Shown piece after piece: positions 58,617 to 64,000 of a DNA stretch of 64,000 nt (the first letter of the stretch is position 1; every line of letters starts with the position of its first letter). The stretch comes from Podarcis vaucheri (Eukaryota): assembly GCA_965113315.1 (NCBI GenBank), contig OZ220369.1. One strand, given 5' to 3'. The position numbers and the translations under genes are program-made. The notes beneath the pieces are model-generated. The model was given only the letters and a program-made list of their open reading frames with translations. It was not told the DNA's origin and did no database searches.

Positions 58617-59839
58617 ACACACAAAACATTTTGGGGGCCCTTGGGGTCCCCCTACAATACCATTGGCCAATGCTACCTCAATTAAGAATGAAGACAGGAA
58701 TGGGAATTTCTGTGTAAACTCAAGGTTATTTTGATGGGGCCTGATTTCAACATACCTTTCTGATATGCCTAATGTTGGGGTGGGAATTAATTGCATATAG
58801 AAGTTAATTTGTCTCACTGGTGGTCTTCTTATATTCGTGGATGCATATGTCAGGGGTGGGCTGATCTGATCAGAGCATCAGTCCCCTCTGTTATCCATCA
58901 AAAGCAACACCAACAACTTGACAAGGATAAACGTCTGGAGGAATAATCTACTACTGACAGAATATCACAACACATAATAACAAGGGCTCATTTCCTCATC
59001 TTCCAGTTGTCACTTGCCAGCAATGCCCTTATTCCTGAGAATAAATCAGTGAAGGGAAACCCTCAGCTCACAGGCCAAATTAGGCCCACCAGGGACCCTA
59101 ATTTCAGAAATGAGGCCATTTCCCTCAAACCATGTCCACCTGCTCCACATCTGGCTTTGTATGTGACACCTGGTGTGGGTCAGATAAAGTTGCATCTGCA
59201 AAGGGACAATCGGAATAAATAATAAAGTGTGTGCCTGATTGCTTTTTGATTAGCAAGGTTGACATGGCTGGGGAGGAGGGCGCTTGCAATAGCTTGGCTG
59301 AACCACTGTGAAAAATAGATGCAGAATGATAAATAGAAGGAAAGGGCAGAAATCACTGTGTTAAAAGTAGAGCAGGGAGAAAAAGATGGGGAGAGGATTC
59401 CTTTAAAAGTGGAGTAAAGAACGAAGTATAAATGTTATTTTTGGCATGTTCCTGAACGGAGGAGTGTAGCCGTATATATTTATTTTGATTCCTCGGATTT
59501 CCCCAAAACCAGAAAATAGCACAACAAACAAAATTAAAAATTGTGTACTGGGCAGGGGAATTAAAACAGGACAAACAAGAAAACAAAAACGAGGTGCGCC
59601 TGCAGAAATCTGTTTATGTGCCCTACCAGTACATAACTGGTGTAACTGAATTAATAAATCAGAAGGTGGGGACAAACATAAAAGGTAACACCTACTGGTA
59701 TAAATTGTAAATTACTCCCCAGATACAAATTGAAATACATATGGGTCTCAACTAGTCTAATGCAATTTGAATGGTGGGGTGGTGAGTAGATTAACAGCTA
59801 AACAATGCTTACATGTGGACAAGCCCTATAGGAACACCT

Positions 59840-60170
59840 TCTCACAGACCATCCTGCCTGCACCTTAAGGTCAGTGGATGATGCCTGACTGGTGGTCCCT
59901 GCGCAGGATGAAGTGCATACCTCTGGGACCAATGGAAGGACCTTTTTAGTAGTGGCTCCATTGCTCTGGAATGTTCTCACTAAGGCGTGCCTAGCCAGAC
60001 TACCATTTTGTTTTAGAAAGCAGGTGAAGGCACACCTATTCCAGCAGGGGAATTGTGACTGAAGTAATGTGAAAATAGTTTGATGCCGCTGCTTTTGTTT
60101 GCAAGTCCTTGTGTGGCTTATTATTATGATGTTGTTGTAAAGCACCCTGTAGCCTGTTGGCAACACTTAT
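59840..60170 (+). mobile_element. Old L2 LINE 3' fragment
   Basis: Degenerate LRS...AF.VVAP.LWN...FRK.VKAHLF coding pattern and TTGTAAAGCACCCTG 3' motif. Confidence 0.55.
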
Positions 60171-60899
60171 TTTTAAACAAAATGACAAATTTTGTTTTTG
60201 TGTTGGCTACCCCTTGTCATAGACTGTGCTTCTTCTATTGCATTGCCATTTGAGAAGCTTGTGGTGCAATTGATCTGCTTCAGATCAGAATCTCTCCCAG
60301 TCCCACCCTCACCTGGAGACTGAACCTGGCACCTTCTGCATGCAAAACAGATGCTGTACCACTGAGGTGCATTCCTTTCTCGTACATTTCTATCTTTGGA
60401 AATTGCTACCCTGTATTTCCAGGAACTGCTGATGCTCATTCTGAGAAAGGCATAAGAGCAACATTGTTTTGGAGAACACAGGCAGAAGTCTTTCTTTGTG
60501 GAAATATTGCTTAGTGCCAGCACTGAAAAAGCTTTCTGTGCAGAATTGGCAAAGATCAAGGGGTCAAAAACAGTGTTCCCATTATGATGTATGGGTTCCA
60601 CTTTCTTCCCTCCTCACAGCACCAAATGGGGCAATATTTCTTCTGTGCAAACAGGAGAATTTCATATTGACTTAAGCACTGACATCGACCGGAAATGCCA
60701 TTGCTGTGGGCTGAGTCACCAAGTGCTGGGAGCCAAGCAGCTATAGGGCAGCACATCATGTGTCAAATTTAGAGCTTTGTGAAGGGATTGTGCAGTTTGC
60801 CCTGCTCAAACAGTGGGATCTTCCAGCCTCCAGCACCCCCACCTCACCCCTCCTTCTTTAGTCAGCTGAGAACAAGCAGTCCTGCTGGCTGGGTAAGAC

Positions 60900-61157
60900 A
60901 GAAAACCAAAAGGGAAACTGAAACCTTTGCTTTAGCAATTCTAATTCCAGTCAAAGCATCTAGTGAGGGGAATTCATGTGAGCGCTACCATAAAAAGCCA
61001 CTGGAGTTTGCAGTCAGAGCAGAAGTGTTGTAAACTGCTCCAAGCACACATCTGTGGGGAAGGCTTCAGCAGGGCAGCCCCCTCCTGAGCTTCCTCCTGG
61101 CTGAAGTGCCCCGCAGAGAGACTGCTGCCAAGCCAGACGAGCCAGAAAATTACCTAT
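60900..61157 (+). promoter_or_regulatory. GBP promoter (ISRE, kB-like site, TATA-like box) and probable non-coding exon 1
   Basis: ISRE GGGAAACTGAAAC at 60912-60924; GGGGAATTCA at 60967-60976; CATAAAA at 60989-60995; donor AT|GTGAGT at 61157/61158; acceptor at 61872 upstream of the ATG. Confidence 0.72.
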
Positions 61158-61923
61158 GTGAGTACCACCTTTTCTCTTCACAGCCCTGTCTAGCTGTTAG
61201 CTTGAGAGAAACAGCCACAAGCCCTGGATTTCAGACTTTCAGGCTGGGGAAGAAATGACTTGGGTCAAATCAAGGCAGGGCTGGCAGGATACATCTTGCT
61301 GAGTGTGGCGAGGCAGCAAATGCTTTCTATTTGTGCCCTGTCTTGCTGGCTATGCAAGGGATTGAAGAAGTAGTCGAGTGATTCTGGCACCTGAGGCAGA
61401 AAACCCCACAAATGTCTTGGCAGTGAAAACGCAGTAATAATAAATAACAAACAATTTGCGGCCTTTTCCTGATGCACAAAAACAGCTGCCCGCCCCTCTA
61501 CCTAATGATAGGGCTCATCCTGGAGTGAGTGAATAGTTTCATAGTTCTTGAAGAAAAGCATTCAGAGATCCTATGGGCAGCCCTTCCTTTATCTAGCTAA
61601 GGGATGGGGAATCTAAGGTTCGGGTGCCAAATGTTACCCCGTAGGCCTTGGGACCACACCTCCTCTCCCCAAGAGATTTTGCCTAACTGAAATATGTCCT
61701 TTCACTTTGATGTTTTGAAATGGTAGGAGTCGCTCACATTCACTGCTCTGGCCCAGAAGTTTGCCCAAGAGGAAATGCCCTTGGGGAAGATGTTTCCCAA
61801 CCTCGACCCAGCCTTTCCAGGGGAAATAACCTGAGGGCAGAAGCAGAGCTTGGAATTTCTTTTTCTCTTTAGATTCCTCAGCCTCTTTCCTGGGCTGCCT
61901 TCTGAACTGCTCAGCCAAGCATC

Positions 61924-62098
61924 ATGGAAGAGCCAATGTGCCTGATCGAGAACAACCCCAAGGAACAGCTGCGGGTCAACCAGGAAGCCCTGAAGATCTT
62001 GCAGAGCATCCAGCAACCCGTGGTGGTAGTAGCCATCGTGGGACTGTACCGCACTGGCAAGTCCTACCTCATGAACAAGCTGGCAGGAAAGAAGAAAG
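61924..62098 (+). CDS. GBP coding exon 1 (P-loop)
   Basis: [11 protein letters not shown]...[23 protein letters not shown]; G|GTGAGT. Confidence 0.95.
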
Positions 62099-63981
62099 GT
62101 GAGTCCGCAGAAGGAATAGGTGTTGGTGGGTAGAGACTTTGGGCTGGACGGGGCCAGCAAGGTACATTCAGATGTTACTTCATTTAGGTAACCACTTTTT
62201 CAGATATCGAATATGGAATCTCTCCTTCAGATATAGTAAACTTAGATCTAATTACAGCAAAAAAGTCATCAAACAAAGATTGGAGGAGGTTGACTTGCAA
62301 CAAAATCTTACTACAGGTGGTGGTACATGTTCCCCGATAAACCAGGGCATGACATTTATGTCCCAGATACCTCGATATCTGTCTACCTTTTCGGTTGCAT
62401 CGCATAGATTCGCTTTTGTTAGAGCCAGATTTAATGTGTTCCCCTCAAATGTGCTGAACAATAGATTTACTAACGGTAAAACCTCTGTTTTATGTGCATG
62501 TGACAACAAATCAATAGAATCCCTTCATAATATCTTGTTTAATTGTCCTTTATATATTGTTCCCCAATCAAGGATTCTGAGTTCAATCATTTTGGAAACT
62601 GTTGCTAAACCACCTGATTTACATCTAGCCTATCTACTCCAGGATACTGACTCTTATAGAACATTACAGGTTGCAAGATTCCTGAATTCTGTTCTTTCAT
62701 ATAAAAGACTTCATGGAATGCTGCATGACTATTAAAATCTAGTAAATTCTATCCACCATCTTTATATTCAAGGCCACAATATGGTACATCTAGAGACTGT
62801 ATGTAATGTGAAGGAGATTATGCGTTGAAATATTTTAGTTGATATTTTAGAATGTAAAATGCTATTTTATTTACTGATTGGTTTTACCTGGTGGGCTTAT
62901 AGCCAAATAAAGTATTATCTATCTATCAGATATCGGAGAGTTCCACACTAAGAGGACCATATTCTGAGATTACTGCTGATCCCCTCCTACCTGATTCCCT
63001 TATTCCTGTCTCATTTGATCCCTATAGGCTTCTCTCTGGGGGCCACGATTCAAGCACAAACCATGGGCATCTGGATGTGGTGCCTTCCTCACCCCAAAAA
63101 GCCGGACCACACCTTGGTGCTTTTGGACACAGAGGGGCTGGGCGATGTGGAGAAGGTAAGCTGGAGACACAGAGCAGCTATTGTTTGGGGGAAGGGCCAT
63201 AGCTTAGTGGTAGGGCAGCTGCCTTGCATGCAGAAGGCAGTTGCGTAGCGTGGGTTGTCAGCACCCGGGGCAAGGCAAGTAATTTGCGCTCCCTAACCCA
63301 TGGATTTGCACCCCCTAACCCGTGGATTTGCGCCCCCTAACCCTAACCCCCAGGTGTTGCGCCCGGTGCGGCCAGCCCCCCCTGCACCCCCCACGCTACG
63401 CCACTGGCAGAAGGTCCTAGGTTCAATCCCCGATATCTCCAGGTAGGGCTTGCCGTTTGTGTCTCACGCCTTCATTGTATACCTTTAGGCACCAGCAAAA
63501 ACATTCCTTTCCAGCTAAGCTTTGGCTGATTAATATTCTACAGCCTTTTAAAATGTTTTGGGGGGGCATTGTTTTCTTTTCTTTAACTATTTACTTTTGT
63601 TTTTACCTTTTACCCAGAGATCTTATGATGAAGGGTGGTATATAAATCTTAATTAACAACAACTATACAACAGGAGAACAAGGCTAATCAGGAGCACTTT
63701 AAAAGCTCTCAGGTGAGGAAGGATGCTCACAGGAGTAAGGCAAAGGTGAGGGAGTGCGAGCAGAAAGGGATCAACCAGGCAGAGTTCTTCACTGTGTGTA
63801 GGGATGCAGCCTAGGTGCAGATCAAGTGTGTAACAGGATTCTGCACTAATTACTTACATCCCACCCTACAGAGCAATACTGCAAATGACTCCTGGATTTT
63901 TGCCTTGTCCATTCTGTTAAGCAGCACCTTTGTATACAACAGCATGGGCACCATTGATCAATATGCTCTGGAGAAACTGCA
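61924..63981 (+). CDS. Guanylate-binding protein (GBP1-like, interferon-inducible large GTPase), 5' partial: first 3 coding exons
   Basis: join(61924-62098,63028-63155,63872-63981), continuing beyond the window; P-loop [20 protein letters not shown] and NDSWIFAL. The paralogue number cannot be assigned. Confidence 0.95.
62210..62925 (+). mobile_element. Young 5'-truncated non-LTR retrotransposon (RTE-X-like C-terminus) in GBP intron
   Basis: Open frame to stop at 62735 with RARFN.FPS...RF...C-x-C...E...C.LY zinc-knuckle-like motif; AATAAA + (TATC)n tail; 10-bp TSD TCAGATATCG (62200-62209, 62926-62935). The family assignment is inferred. Confidence 0.82.
63028..63155 (+). CDS. GBP coding exon 2 (switch I, DxxG)
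   Basis: [43 protein letters not shown]. Confidence 0.96.
63238..63406. mobile_element. hAT-type MITE with internal CCCTAA-containing tandem repeats, inserted in a tRNA-derived SINE
   Basis: TIRs CAGTTGCGTAGCGTGGG / CCCACGCTACGCCACTG; perfect 8-bp TSD GCAGAAGG. Confidence 0.88.
63872..63981 (+). CDS. GBP coding exon 3
   Basis: [36 protein letters not shown]; donor GTATCCTTT. Confidence 0.94.
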
Positions 63982-64000
63982 GTATCCTTTGTACAAACGG

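Overview
Vertebrate genomic DNA from a squamate reptile, probably a lacertid lizard (inferred from Sauria SINE, Squam3-like SINE, BovB, L2, CR1 and Penelope-like repeats). I rebuilt four spliced genes by hand with phase-consistent splice sites. (1) CIC/capicua short isoform, + strand, 20 coding exons, 7810-30174, 1678 aa, with a CpG-island promoter, a GC-AG intron and a NAGNAG acceptor. (2) PAFAH1B3, - strand, 5 coding exons, 33269-37342, 225 aa, convergent with CIC. (3) An intact DMRTC2/DMRT7-type DM-domain gene, - strand, 8 coding exons, 42747-54192, 673 aa, with an exon of about 1 kb. (4) The first three coding exons of a guanylate-binding protein (GBP) gene, + strand, from 61924 to past the window end. 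It has an ISRE-containing promoter, switch-I substitutions and a U12-type donor. Introns and intergenic DNA hold many transposons, several with visible target-site duplications (TSDs). The observations most worth following up are the reptilian DMRT7, an unexplained single-pass membrane micro-ORF in CIC intron 10, a solo LTR carrying a sense polyA signal upstream of the CIC C1 exons, and a possible +1 alternative ORF in CIC. There are no CRISPR arrays, tRNA genes or rRNA genes. Most short six-frame ORFs are spurious. Homology calls come from recalled sequences, not from database searches.
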